From an uncultured Candidatus Rokubacteria bacterium (GTDB lineage: Bacteria; Methylomirabilota; Methylomirabilia; Rokubacteriales; DASRDR01), in assembly GCA_963805625.1 (NCBI GenBank), contig CAWDVE010000010.1, positions 320,001 through 384,000 on the forward strand: a DNA stretch of 64,000 nucleotides, in the 5' to 3' direction. Position 1 is the stretch's first letter. Every line of letters begins with the position of its first letter. The notes beneath the pieces are model-generated. The model was not told where the DNA came from. It worked only from the letters and a program-made list of their open reading frames with translations, and made no database searches. This document shows positions 42,159 through 51,616 of this stretch, one piece after another. Made by a program: the position numbers and the translations under genes.

Positions 42159-42755
42159 ATGAACAAGTTCGTCAGGGTTCTCGCGGCGGCAGCCACTATG
42201 CTCCCCCTCACAGTCCCTGCGACGGGCACCGCGCAAGACGACGGACACCACCGGACCAGCCTCTCGGGGTTCGAGGAAGTGATCCCGCCGAACCTCGGCC
42301 TCGGCGCCATATTCAGCACCGGGAGCGGCCAGCTCAAGCTCAAGATCGACAAGCAGAAGCGCGAGATCGACTACGAGCTGACCTACAGCTTCCCGGACGC
42401 CGCACTCACGCCGCTCGTCGGCGCTCAATTCGTCAACCAGGCTCACCTCCACTTCGGCCAGAAGCACACCACCGGCGGCATCAACGTGTGGCTCTGCCAG
42501 TCGGCGGACAATGGGGCCCCGGCAGCCGTCTCGGCAAGCACCCCGACGTGCCCAAGCCCCTCGGGAACGGTGACCGGAACCATTCGGCCGGCGCAGGTCC
42601 TCACGCTTACCGGCCAGGGGTTCCCGGCCGGCGAGGACGGCTTCGACGCCCTTCTCGAAGCGATACGGAGCAATGCCATCTATGGGAACGTCCATACCGA
42701 CCGATTCCCCTCGGGTGAGATTCGCGGTCAGGTGGACAATCGCCAGGACGACTAG
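42159..42755 (+). CDS. secreted CHRD-domain protein
   Basis: AGGAGG RBS, signal peptide, LSGFEEV, AHLH, YGNVHTDRFPSGEIRGQ. Confidence 0.9.
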   Translation: MNKFVRVLAAAATMLPLTVPATGTAQDDGHHRTSLSGFEEVIPPNLGLGAIFSTGSGQLKLKIDKQKREIDYELTYSFPDAALTPLVGAQFVNQAHLHFGQKHTTGGINVWLCQSADNGAPAAVSASTPTCPSPSGTVTGTIRPAQVLTLTGQGFPAGEDGFDALLEAIRSNAIYGNVHTDRFPSGEIRGQVDNRQDD

Positions 42756-42799
42756 CCACGCCGGCATGAGTTGGGGGGCGGGGGCCCCCCAACTCGATC

Positions 42800-43320
42800 A
42801 ACCGCTCCAGCAGCAAGACCAGGGATGCGTCCGTTCGCGCTGGAGCAGCAGGCGCAACCGGCGATCGGCGTGGGCTTCCTTGGAGGAGATCGCCATGTGA
42901 AAGGCATAGATGAGGAAGCGCTGCTCGAGCGCGCCGTTCTGACGCATGGCGGAGGTGTGGTAGTTGGACATGCCCTCGGACACGAACATCGCCGCTAGCC
43001 CCTCGGGCGCCAGTGAGGCGAGCGCGGTCTGGTCGGAGCCCCTGTAGGAGAGGCCGATGGTGCCGACCTTCCCGTCACAGTAGGACAGCGCTGCGAGCCA
43101 GTCAAGCGCGTCCTTGCCGTCCGGCCTTGGCGAAGGCGTACCACTCACCCTCGGAGTCGTAGCGCCCGCGCACATCCTGCATCGCCACCACGTAGCCGCG
43201 GCGAGCGAAGTACTTCGCCATGGCGGTGAGGTCATCGCGGACCTTGCCGTAGGGGGTGCGCTCCATCAGGACGGGGAAGGGACCGGACAGCGCCTGGCCG
43301 TCCAACGCCGGGCGGTACCA
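42800..43320 (-). pseudogene. CocE/NonD hydrolase fragment
   Basis: ERTPYGK, GYVVAMQDVRGRYDSEG, GKVGTIGLSY, split by a frameshift. Confidence 0.8.
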
Positions 43321-43803
43321 TGCGCTCATGGCCGAGGAAGACGACGGCGTTCTTGACGCCACCCGCCGGCGACACGACGAGCGCTCGGACTGGCGGGGCT
43401 CGGTACCGCAGACGGCGTGGTCGGACGCAGGGTGCAACCACGTCACGAGGGGACGTCCCTGGCCAACCTCACCACACCCACGACATCTCCGGAGGGCTGG
43501 CGATCCCCCACAATTTTCCAGCTCGACCAGCGGCATTGCACCTTCGTGCCTCGCGTGCTGATCGTGCCGCCGGGTTCGACGGTGGAGGTCCTGAGTTGAG
43601 GTAACGATACGTGCCCGGCACCGATCTCGGCTCGACCGCGCAACTGGATCACGGGCGGTTCACGCCGACCGAGTGGGCCTCGCCCGTGGGGTAGGGTACT
43701 CTTGTCCTGGTCGGGGCGTCGGTCGCGGCCGCGATTGAGCTCGGCCTCGGTCTCATGACGATGCCCTGGCTGATGGGCGATGGGTGAAGAACGGAGGCGT
43801 GCC

Positions 43804-44241
43804 ATGAGGGACTCGCGTGCCATCTTCGTCATAGTGCTCGGGCTCGTGCTGGCTGGAGTGGCCCTCCCGTTGGGAAGCCAGATCCCCGAAGGGCGCAAGG
43901 TCCCGGTTGCGGGAGGGGGGAGCTACACCGATGTGAGCGCCGGAGGCCTGGCGCGAATGCTGGAGAAGAAGGATTTCCCGCTGGTCAACGTCCACATCCC
44001 GTACGAGGGCGAGATCGCGGGGACGGATCTCTTCATCCCATTCGATCAGGTCGAGGGCAAGGTGGCCCAGTTGCCACCCGACAGGAGTGCGAAGCTGGTT
44101 CTCTACTGCCGTAGCGGGAGCATGAGCACGACGGCGGCCCGTGCCCTGGTCAGGCTGGGCTACACGAACGTGTGGAACCTGGACGGGGGCATGATCGCGT
44201 GGGAGCAGACGGGCCATCCGTTGCTACAGAAGAGGCGGTGA
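43804..44241 (+). CDS. rhodanese-like domain protein
   Basis: Signal peptide; LYCRSGSMS; NLDGGMIAW. Confidence 0.9.
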   Translation: MRDSRAIFVIVLGLVLAGVALPLGSQIPEGRKVPVAGGGSYTDVSAGGLARMLEKKDFPLVNVHIPYEGEIAGTDLFIPFDQVEGKVAQLPPDRSAKLVLYCRSGSMSTTAARALVRLGYTNVWNLDGGMIAWEQTGHPLLQKRR

Positions 44242-44339
44242 GAGGGGGTGCTCCGGACGCGCCGCCGGCGTCGCGAGGCGCCACGCGGGCACCTTGTCCG
44301 ACGCGACCCGCGTGCAATGGCCCCGACGGCGGTGGCTCC

Positions 44340-44560
44340 TCGGACCCGGGGTCCCGATGGTGGCCGTGTTCGATGCGGCCTTTCACGCGAGCATTTCTGA
44401 TTGCGCCTCGAGCTATGCGATCCCCCGCAAGCTCGCGGAACGGCACGAGATCCGCCGCTTCGGCTTCCACGGCATCTCCTATCAGTCCTCGCTCGCTCGA
44501 TACTGCGAGATGACCCAGACGTCCTCCTCGAGAAGGAGGTGGTCGACCGGGCCGCGCTGG
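44340..44560 (+). pseudogene. acetate kinase internal fragment
   Basis: VAVFDAAFH..YAIP..IRRFGFHGISY. Confidence 0.75.
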
Positions 44561-44726
44561 ACCACTTACTGGGACGCCTCTCGGCGTGAGGCACGAAGAC
44601 GCGCGAATGCGAGTACGAGTCGCCGCGCCGGGGGTCCGGACGGACCTCCTGGCTCCGGTCAGGAGGGTGGCCGGTGCGGCGAGCGCTCGAGGTGACGAAG
44701 ACGCGTGAAGCAGGATCGGGGAGCGC

Positions 44727-45439
44727 GTGAACAACAAGCTGCGCAGGGCTCTCGGCCTCGGCCTCGCCACCTTTCTGCTCGCAGTCGCGGCCTGGCGCGT
44801 GGCGCTGGGTGCACCGGCCTGGCTGGCTCCGCTTCGGTTCTACACCGACCACGCATTTCTCCACGAGCGGCTCCGGGTGCTTGGATGGCTGGCTCCGGCG
44901 GCCTTCATCCTGATCCAGGCGGGGCAAGTGATCATCTCGCCGATCCCCGGAGAGGCGACGGGATTCCTGGGCGGCTACTCGGTCTGCCCCTCGGGTTCGT
45001 CTACTCGATGATCGGTCTGACCCTGGGGACGATGGCGGCGTTCGGGGTCGGGCGCTGGCTCGGCGCCTCCCTCATGGCACGCTACGTGCCAGCGCAGATC
45101 ATCGAGCGGTTCGGATTCCTCCTCGAGGCCGAAGGCGCCGTCCTGACCTTCGTCCTCTACCTGATCCCGGGGTGTCCGAAGGACATCGTCTCCTACCTTT
45201 TCGGCATGAGCCCCATGCCGGGTTGGATCTTCCTGGTGGTGTCGACCCTGGGGAGGGCCCCCGGCACCTGGATCCTGTCAGCAGAGGGCGCGCGCACTGC
45301 GACGGGCCAATACGTTCAACTCGCCTTGCTGACGGCACTGACCGCCGCGATCGCCATTCCGCTCTACTACTACCGGCACGCGATCCTAAACTGGCTCCAC
45401 CGCTCGGGGCCGCACGGGAAGCGCAAGTCGTCGCTCTGA
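44727..45439 (+). pseudogene. TVP38/VTT-domain membrane protein, frameshifted
   Basis: QVIISPIPGE, then LIPGCPKDIVSYLFG in another frame. Confidence 0.75.
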
Positions 45440-45529
45440 GGGCTGACGGAGGACCACCCTATGCGCGGAGGGCGGCGGGACGACGGCGACCTGTGCGGTG
45501 CCGACGATCGCACGGAACTGACGGTGGCC

Positions 45530-45860
45530 CGAAGGGTCGAAAGCCACCTTCGGCAGCTGCCGCGATGAGCGCAGCCACCGCGCTGGGCTGCGACTCGTAG
45601 ATCGCGTGACTGCCCCGCGCCTCGACGACGGTTGCTCCGGCGCGCTTCGCCATGAGGCCTTGGGCCGCGGAGGGGATCATTCGGTCCTCGGTCGCCACCA
45701 GGTACCAGCTCGGCTTGGTCTTCCACGCGGGGGTGCTGATCGTGCCGCCGAGCGCTTCCACACCCCGGGGGACCTGCGAGTCGGCCAGGAACGCCGCGCG
45801 GTCCGCGTCCACGTCCGCCGCGAAGGACGCGTGGAACTTCGTCTTGTCGAGGGGAACTCG
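45530..45860 (-). pseudogene. alpha/beta hydrolase C-terminal fragment
   Basis: PAWKTKPSWYLVATEDRMIP..GSHA. Confidence 0.75.
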
Positions 45861-46086
45861 GCCGGTGGCGGATTGAGGTCGCGGTGAACGGGATCGTGGA
45901 AGGAGACCGGACGTTCGAAGTTGTTGAATGGGGCGGGACGGCCAGAGCCCGACCCTAGTGAAGCAGAACGCCTCGCCGTGTGCGAACACCGCCGGGGGCC
46001 CGGTCCAGCAACCCCGAATCGTGGAAGCGTCTCGAGCCCGGAGACCTCGCGCCGCGGATGGCGGCGCTGGAGCCGTGAGCCGCCCC

Positions 46087-46230
46087 TTAGATGGGGTTGG
46101 TGGGGTTGTCTACCTCCACAAGGGTCGGGCCGCCGGCGTACAAGATTTCCTGCTCCAGGTCCACCGCGGTCAGGACGCGTTCGATGTGAGGCGGCTCGTA
46201 GGATGGGGCGATCGGAGGGGTCTCAGCCAA
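46087..46230 (-). CDS. 47-aa putative RiPP precursor B
   Basis: AAGGAGG RBS plus TTG; MAETPPIAPSYEPPHIERVLTAVDLEQEILYAGGPTLVEVDNPTNPI; paralog of the neighbouring ORF. Confidence 0.7.
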   Translation of the reverse strand: MAETPPIAPSYEPPHIERVLTAVDLEQEILYAGGPTLVEVDNPTNPI

Positions 46231-46297
46231 GAGGGTGATCCTCCTTGGGAGCGGTCGGTACGGGAGCAGGTATCACGGCGGCGCTCGAGCTGTGAGG

Positions 46298-46432
46298 CTA
46301 GCCGAATGTGTCGACGGAGATTCCTGCATCTGCTGTTGTCCCCGCGAACAAGACTTCGCGCTCGATATCGTCGGGGGTGAGGACCTGCTCGATGCGGGGC
46401 GGCTCGTAGGGTGGGGCGCTGGTCTCGGCCAT
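46298..46432 (-). CDS. 44-aa putative RiPP precursor A
   Basis: GGAGG RBS plus ATG; MAETSAPPYEPPRIEQVLTPDDIEREVLFAGTTADAGISVDTFG. Confidence 0.72.
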   Translation of the reverse strand: MAETSAPPYEPPRIEQVLTPDDIEREVLFAGTTADAGISVDTFG

Positions 46433-46515
46433 GCGGCGGTCCTCCGGGCGTGGGGTAACCACGGGGGCAGGCTATCACAGCGTCGCGGTTTAGGCGACGA
46501 AGGGAGGGAAGATTG

Positions 46516-46671
46516 ATGGGCACCACCGCGGAGAAGCCGTCCCGTCGGTCTCATGAGCGCGGGCAGGGAACGCTCTACCGGCGTGGCCAGACTTGGTGGG
46601 TGCAGTACTTTGTCCATGGGCGCCGGGTGCGTGAGAGCAGCTCCCGACACTGCGGTCGCGTTATTGAATGA
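46516..46671 (+). pseudogene. tyrosine integrase N-terminal fragment
   Basis: RGQGTLYRRGQTWWVQYFVHGRRVRES, homologous to the N-terminus of the 21777-22958 integrase. Confidence 0.75.
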
Positions 46672-46820
46672 CCTCGTCCGTCCGCACCAGCACCGCCGGC
46701 GGGATGGTGAGGCCGAGGGCCTTGGCGGTATTGAGGTTGATGACGAGCCCGAACTTCGTCCGCTGCTCGATGGGGAGGTCGGCCGGCTTGGCGCCCTTCA
46801 GAATCCGGTCGAAATAGATG
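46661..46820 (-). pseudogene. 3' remnant of ABC substrate-binding protein
   Basis: [38 protein letters not shown]. Confidence 0.8.
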
Positions 46821-47469
46821 GCCAGGAATGGGGACGGGCTGGTCGCCCGATCTTGGGCTCCAATCGTCACGACAGATCCGCCAACACACCCGAGAGTGAG
46901 CACGGCGGCCGCCATATGTGTCAACCGTCGGATCATAAGCACCTCTCAGTGACCCTCTCAGTGACGCTTCGAGGAACCGCCGCACCGCGACGGCCGGGGG
47001 CTCGAGGGGACGCCCCACCGCCGCCCCCCTCTCCGGTCACCCCTCCACCACCGAGTTGGTGTATTCGATCCAGCCGTCAACCCGCCGCAGCCAGAGGCGC
47101 ACCGGGTGCGGGGCGGCCGATCTCTGGGGCCTATCTCGGGCTCGTTAGTTGCGTCATGCCAGAGTGTCCAGTCCTCTCGTTCACGGACTGGCGTGCACCT
47201 GCCTAATGAAGGTCGGATCACTCATGGCATCCCGCACGATCTTGGACAGCACCCGGGCGCTGAACGCCATGGACACAGTCGGGACGCGAAGGCCGGCCCG
47301 CGGCGACGCTGGGGCTTCCCGCAAAGAGGGGAGTACCGGCAACGTCAGTGATCCCTCCCCGCTCCACTCGCGGCCAGATAGACCGCAGACGACCCCAACC
47401 AGGAGCACCTCGTCATCGAAGCGTGCCTGGTGGAGCCGCTGCGCTATCTCGTGCGCGACGAACGAGAAG

Positions 47470-47700
47470 TTAGGCGGCGCCTCCGAGCTTCTCGAGGTAC
47501 TTCGCGAGCTTCGGGACCTCGACGTAGTCGTCTTGGCGCCCCGGGATGGTCAAGCGGTAGCCGCGTTCGCCATCGCGCTTCCACGCCGTGATCACACCGG
47601 ACTGGTACGCTGCGATCAGCGCCGTGCGATCGGCCGTCGAGACCTCGATGGGTGCCGGAGCTACCGGGACCACGCTCTTCGTTGACTTGCGCTTCGTCAT
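47470..47700 (-). CDS. small hypothetical protein
   Basis: GGGAGA RBS; 76 aa; host-like codon usage. Confidence 0.55.
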   Translation of the reverse strand: MTKRKSTKSVVPVAPAPIEVSTADRTALIAAYQSGVITAWKRDGERGYRLTIPGRQDDYVEVPKLAKYLEKLGGAA

Positions 47701-48218
47701 GTGTTCTCCCTCGCCAGGAGCCTGGCCACCCCGAAGCAGCAAGCCACGCATCCCATCGGGGATGTGCCATCCGCCGGAGTGGCTGCAGTCGGGGTCGCCG
47801 GGCCAGCTCGACAAGTCGATCGCGGGAGGAGCCGCGTAACCGGGGTGGAGGCGGCTACGTATGCTGCGCTCAAGCCGCCGTGGGCGTGAACTGCGCAACC
47901 ATCTCGGGGCGGCCGCGGACCTCATCCGGGGACACCTCGCTGATGCTCTTAGTATACGCCATATTCGGGTCGCGGGATGGATCGCGCTGGCCTTCGTCCC
48001 GAGCGTGCCGGCGGCTCCACGAAGAATGCGAACCTGCTCCGTGGGACGACACTTTGCACGGTGAGCTGCGAGATTATGGCTGGCGCGCCCGTCAGGCGAA
48101 GCAGGGACGCCTGTCGCTCCGCTGACGTTGTGGCTGACCTTCTGAAGGCCAGATCGGGATCCATTCGGCTGCGTCGCCGTTCGATGAGCGTCCGGGGCCG
48201 CAGCGTGAGGCCCTCGAG

Positions 48219-48590
48219 TCACGGCACGCGAAGACCCGGGTTCGGGTCGGGGTTCTCCGTTCCTAGGGGTTCGAGCATCGGCGCGGGTTGACCGGGCGTC
48301 CACGTCGTCCAGCGCCCTCGGGCATCGACGCAGTCGACGAAGTTCTGCTCGATCACACTCGCCTCGGGACCCTGTGCGGAGGCCCGCACGCGCCCGAAAC
48401 GATCAACGTCGTACTGGCTGATGGTCGGCAGCGCCTCACTGCACGCCTGGGCCTTGGTGCGGAGCCCGTCCAGGCGGTCGGAAGGCGCGGACTCCATGGA
48501 CGCACAGCCCGTGAGGAGGCTGGCCACGCCGAGCAAGATCGCGCGACACAGAGGGAGCCGCTGGTTTACTGCTGAGCCGCACCACGTCAT
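48219..48590 (-). CDS. putative lipoprotein
   Basis: Lipobox LTGC. Confidence 0.6.
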   Translation of the reverse strand: MTWCGSAVNQRLPLCRAILLGVASLLTGCASMESAPSDRLDGLRTKAQACSEALPTISQYDVDRFGRVRASAQGPEASVIEQNFVDCVDARGRWTTWTPGQPAPMLEPLGTENPDPNPGLRVP

Positions 48591-48895
48591 GGGGAGTCCT
48601 CCCGAGTATCGGGTCTCAGATCATCAGCGTCGCATGCTTTTGAGGCGGACGTCCACCTCCAGGTCGTCGTTGGCGCCATCGGCGACACTCGGTGCGGGCA
48701 CACCTCGGCGCGCACGTCGCGGCACGCGTCAGCGATGGTCCCACTCGTCCCGCGCCGACACTACCAAGGACCGGCTTTTGGCGCCAGACGGCGGAGACTC
48801 GAGCCGCGTCTCACGCCACGGTCCGCTCCCCGGGGCGCGAGGTGCGGTGTGACGGTGTGCTGGCAGGACCGGTGGGTTCCGGTAGTCTAGTACGC

Positions 48896-49504
48896 GTGAC
48901 GTCTGACGCCGCCGGGCTCCTGGCCCATTGCGGCTATGGCGCCCTCTTCGTGGCCGTGGTCCTCGGGAACGTCGGCTTTCCCGTTCCCGAGGAGACGATC
49001 CTGGCCCTGGGCGGCTACCTGGCTCAACGAGGGGAGCTGCGCCTGGGCCGCTTCTGGCGATCGGCGTCGTCAGTGCGGTTACCGGAGACACCATCGGGTA
49101 CTGGCTCGGACGGCGCTACGGCCGGACGGCGGTCGAGCGCCACGGTGACTGGCTGTTCGTCACCCCGGCGCGGCTCGCGAAGGTGTCACATTTCGTCAGC
49201 CGCTACGGCGTGTGGGCCGTGTTCGGCGCGCGGTTCGTGGCCGGTCTGCACTTCCTGGACGGTCCGCTCGCCGGGGCCACTGGGCTTCGTCCGCCGGCCT
49301 TTGCATTGCAAACGTCCTGGGGCACTCCTTTTCGTGCCTTATGCCGTTGGCATGGGGTATGCGCTCGGTTACGGCTTTGGCGACGACCTCGAGCGGCTCA
49401 TCGGCCGGGCCGAGCGCAAGCACATCATCGTTGCCGCCGCGCTCATCGCGGCGCTCGCCGGGGTGAGCGCGCGGATCGTCCGCTCCCGCCGTGCCGTTCG
49501 CTGA
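48896..49504 (+). pseudogene. DedA-family membrane protein, frameshifted
   Basis: GFPVPEETILALGG, GDTIGYWLGRRYG, FGARFVAGL over two frames. Confidence 0.8.
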
Positions 49505-49654
49505 CCGCACGCTGCCGACGGCGAGAGTCTCGAGCTCGTCCGGGCGCAGGTGCCGATGCCCGCGCGCTGAGTGCGGCCGCCCGGATTCGGCGGCGGCCGC
49601 CGTGGGTGCCCGGCGAGTCGGCTGGAATCACCGCCGGAGGAGCCGCGAGGGTGA

Positions 49655-50605
49655 CTAGCGGTGGGCGGGCACCATTTCCGGTGACGCGTCGCGGACGCGG
49701 ACGCGGGTGATCCAGTCGGCGTAGCGGGTCGATCGGCCGCGCACGGTATCGAAGAACGTGGTCCGGAGGTGGGTGGTGATCGGGCCCATCTGTCCCTTGC
49801 CCACGGAGCGTCCGTCGATGGCTTCGATCCACGCGACCTGGACGCCGGTGCCGCAGAAGAACGCCTCGTCCGCGACGTACAGCTCGGTCCGATCGATCTC
49901 GCGCTCTTCGGTCCGGATCCCCGCGTCGGTCGCCATCCGGAGCATCGAGCGGCGCGTGATCCCTTCCAGGATGTCGCCGGTGATGGGCGGCGTGATTAGC
50001 GTGTCGTTCCGGACGATGAAGAGGTTGCAGCCGCTACCCTCGGCGACCTTACCCGCGGTGTTAAGCATGATCGCCTCGTCGGCACCCTTCTCCTCCGCCT
50101 CGTCCTTCGCGAACGCCGAGTTGACGTAGGCGCCGATGAGCTTCCCCCGGCTCGGGATCGCGTTGTCGGGAATCCGGAACCACGAGGAGACGATCGCACG
50201 CTGGCCCCGATCGAGCTTCAGGTAGTCTCCAATCGGGAGCATGTAGATCGCCAGCTCGTCACCCAGGCCGCGGAGCCGCGGCGTCAGCTGAAGGGCCGGC
50301 TTGTAGACGAAGGGCCGGATGTAGGCGTCGCCCTTCGGCGCGTTCCGCTCGACCAGGGAGACGATCGTCATTGCGAGCGAGTCGCGGTCGAAGGGCAGCT
50401 CGGCACGGAGGAGCCGGCTCGAGTTCAGGAGCCGCTCCGCGTGGTCGCGAAGGCGGAAGATGTTGATCCCTCCGTCGCCGTCGTCGAGGTAGCCGCGGAT
50501 ACCGGCAAAAGCGCCGGTCCCGTACTGGACGGTGTGAGTGCCGATGCTGATCCTAGCGTCGGCGAACGGCACGATGCGACCCTGGAAGAACGCGTACTCC
50601 ATCAT
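49655..50605 (-). CDS. ilvE: branched-chain amino acid aminotransferase
   Basis: Class IV PLP motifs: YIRP, K..GAYVNS, EGSGCNLF, LEGITR, EAFFCGT. Confidence 0.92.
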   Translation of the reverse strand: MMEYAFFQGRIVPFADARISIGTHTVQYGTGAFAGIRGYLDDGDGGINIFRLRDHAERLLNSSRLLRAELPFDRDSLAMTIVSLVERNAPKGDAYIRPFVYKPALQLTPRLRGLGDELAIYMLPIGDYLKLDRGQRAIVSSWFRIPDNAIPSRGKLIGAYVNSAFAKDEAEEKGADEAIMLNTAGKVAEGSGCNLFIVRNDTLITPPITGDILEGITRRSMLRMATDAGIRTEEREIDRTELYVADEAFFCGTGVQVAWIEAIDGRSVGKGQMGPITTHLRTTFFDTVRGRSTRYADWITRVRVRDASPEMVPAHR

Positions 50606-50814
50606 CGGCAAGTCCACGCGGCACCTCCTGCTCGAGGGTGGGCGGATTATGGCACGGCCCCAAATCCGGCCCAATAGCCACCGGGCGGATTGGCCTCACC
50701 TTTCACATGACGCCGCCGGCCCCTTGACCCCACCCCTCGTGGCGACTACGGTCCTGCCAGCTGACAGTCTCGCGCCCGTGGCCCGGGCGGTGTGAGGAGT
50801 CGGGAGGGTGAGGG

Positions 50815-51546
50815 ATGCAGGGTCCGGAGACTGAGACGGGCGCCGGCGAGCCGGACGACGGACCCGGCGCCCGCCGGGGGACACGCGAGCCTGGGCTGGC
50901 GAAGGTCCCCGCCAGCCCGCGGGCGGGGCCGGGTGGCCTCGGTCTTCTGACGATGTGGCTCGGATGGATCCGGAACCAGCCTCTCCTGGCTGCCGCGTTC
51001 CTGGGCTTCTGTCTGGTCGCGGTCGGCGGGTTGGTCCTGACCCTCCCGCGCGGCACGCTGTCCGTTGGTCACACGAGTCGGAGCCCGCGGGTTGCGTCGC
51101 CGAACGCGCCGGTGGCGGAGACCCCCATCGCGCCTCGCGAAGCTCCGATCTCACGGGCTCCGAATCCCCGCGCTGCCGAGGCCCCGAGCGCCGCGCCCGA
51201 GCCCGAACCTGGCCCCTGGGTCCACGAGGCGCCATCGGCACCGTCGCCGCGCGGCTTGGCCCTCGTCTATCGCTACCGGACGCTGCCGCCGGGTGGCGAG
51301 TCCCGGTACCAGTGGATCGTCCAGGTCCGCGGCGCCCGGCCGGTGCTGGACGGGGTCGAGGTGGTGACCTGGCGGATGGAACCTGCCGCGGCGAACGACG
51401 GCGACCTTATCTCCCGAGATCGCGCGGCCGACGGGTTTCCGCTATTCGGAGACGGGCCCGGCGGCTGGTTTGGCGTGTCGGCGAAGATTCGCTATCGGGA
51501 CGGCGTGGAGGAGACGCTCTCCCGCCGCATCGAGATGCCCGACTGA
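50815..51546 (+). CDS. membrane-anchored protein with C-terminal pYEATS-like domain
   Basis: TM helix, Pro-rich linker, WIVQVRG..LDGVEVVTW..DRAADGFPL..GWFGVSAKI. Confidence 0.5.
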   Translation: MQGPETETGAGEPDDGPGARRGTREPGLAKVPASPRAGPGGLGLLTMWLGWIRNQPLLAAAFLGFCLVAVGGLVLTLPRGTLSVGHTSRSPRVASPNAPVAETPIAPREAPISRAPNPRAAEAPSAAPEPEPGPWVHEAPSAPSPRGLALVYRYRTLPPGGESRYQWIVQVRGARPVLDGVEVVTWRMEPAAANDGDLISRDRAADGFPLFGDGPGGWFGVSAKIRYRDGVEETLSRRIEMPD

Positions 51547-51616
51547 TCCGCCTCGTCGGGTAGCTCCCCCCGGGAAACGCGCGCCGAGACGCGGGCGCTC
51601 CGTTGCCCGGTCGTGA

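Noticed and set aside
10942-49504. Intact prophage or conjugative element
   Set aside because: No capsid, terminase, tail, relaxase or T4SS genes were recognised.
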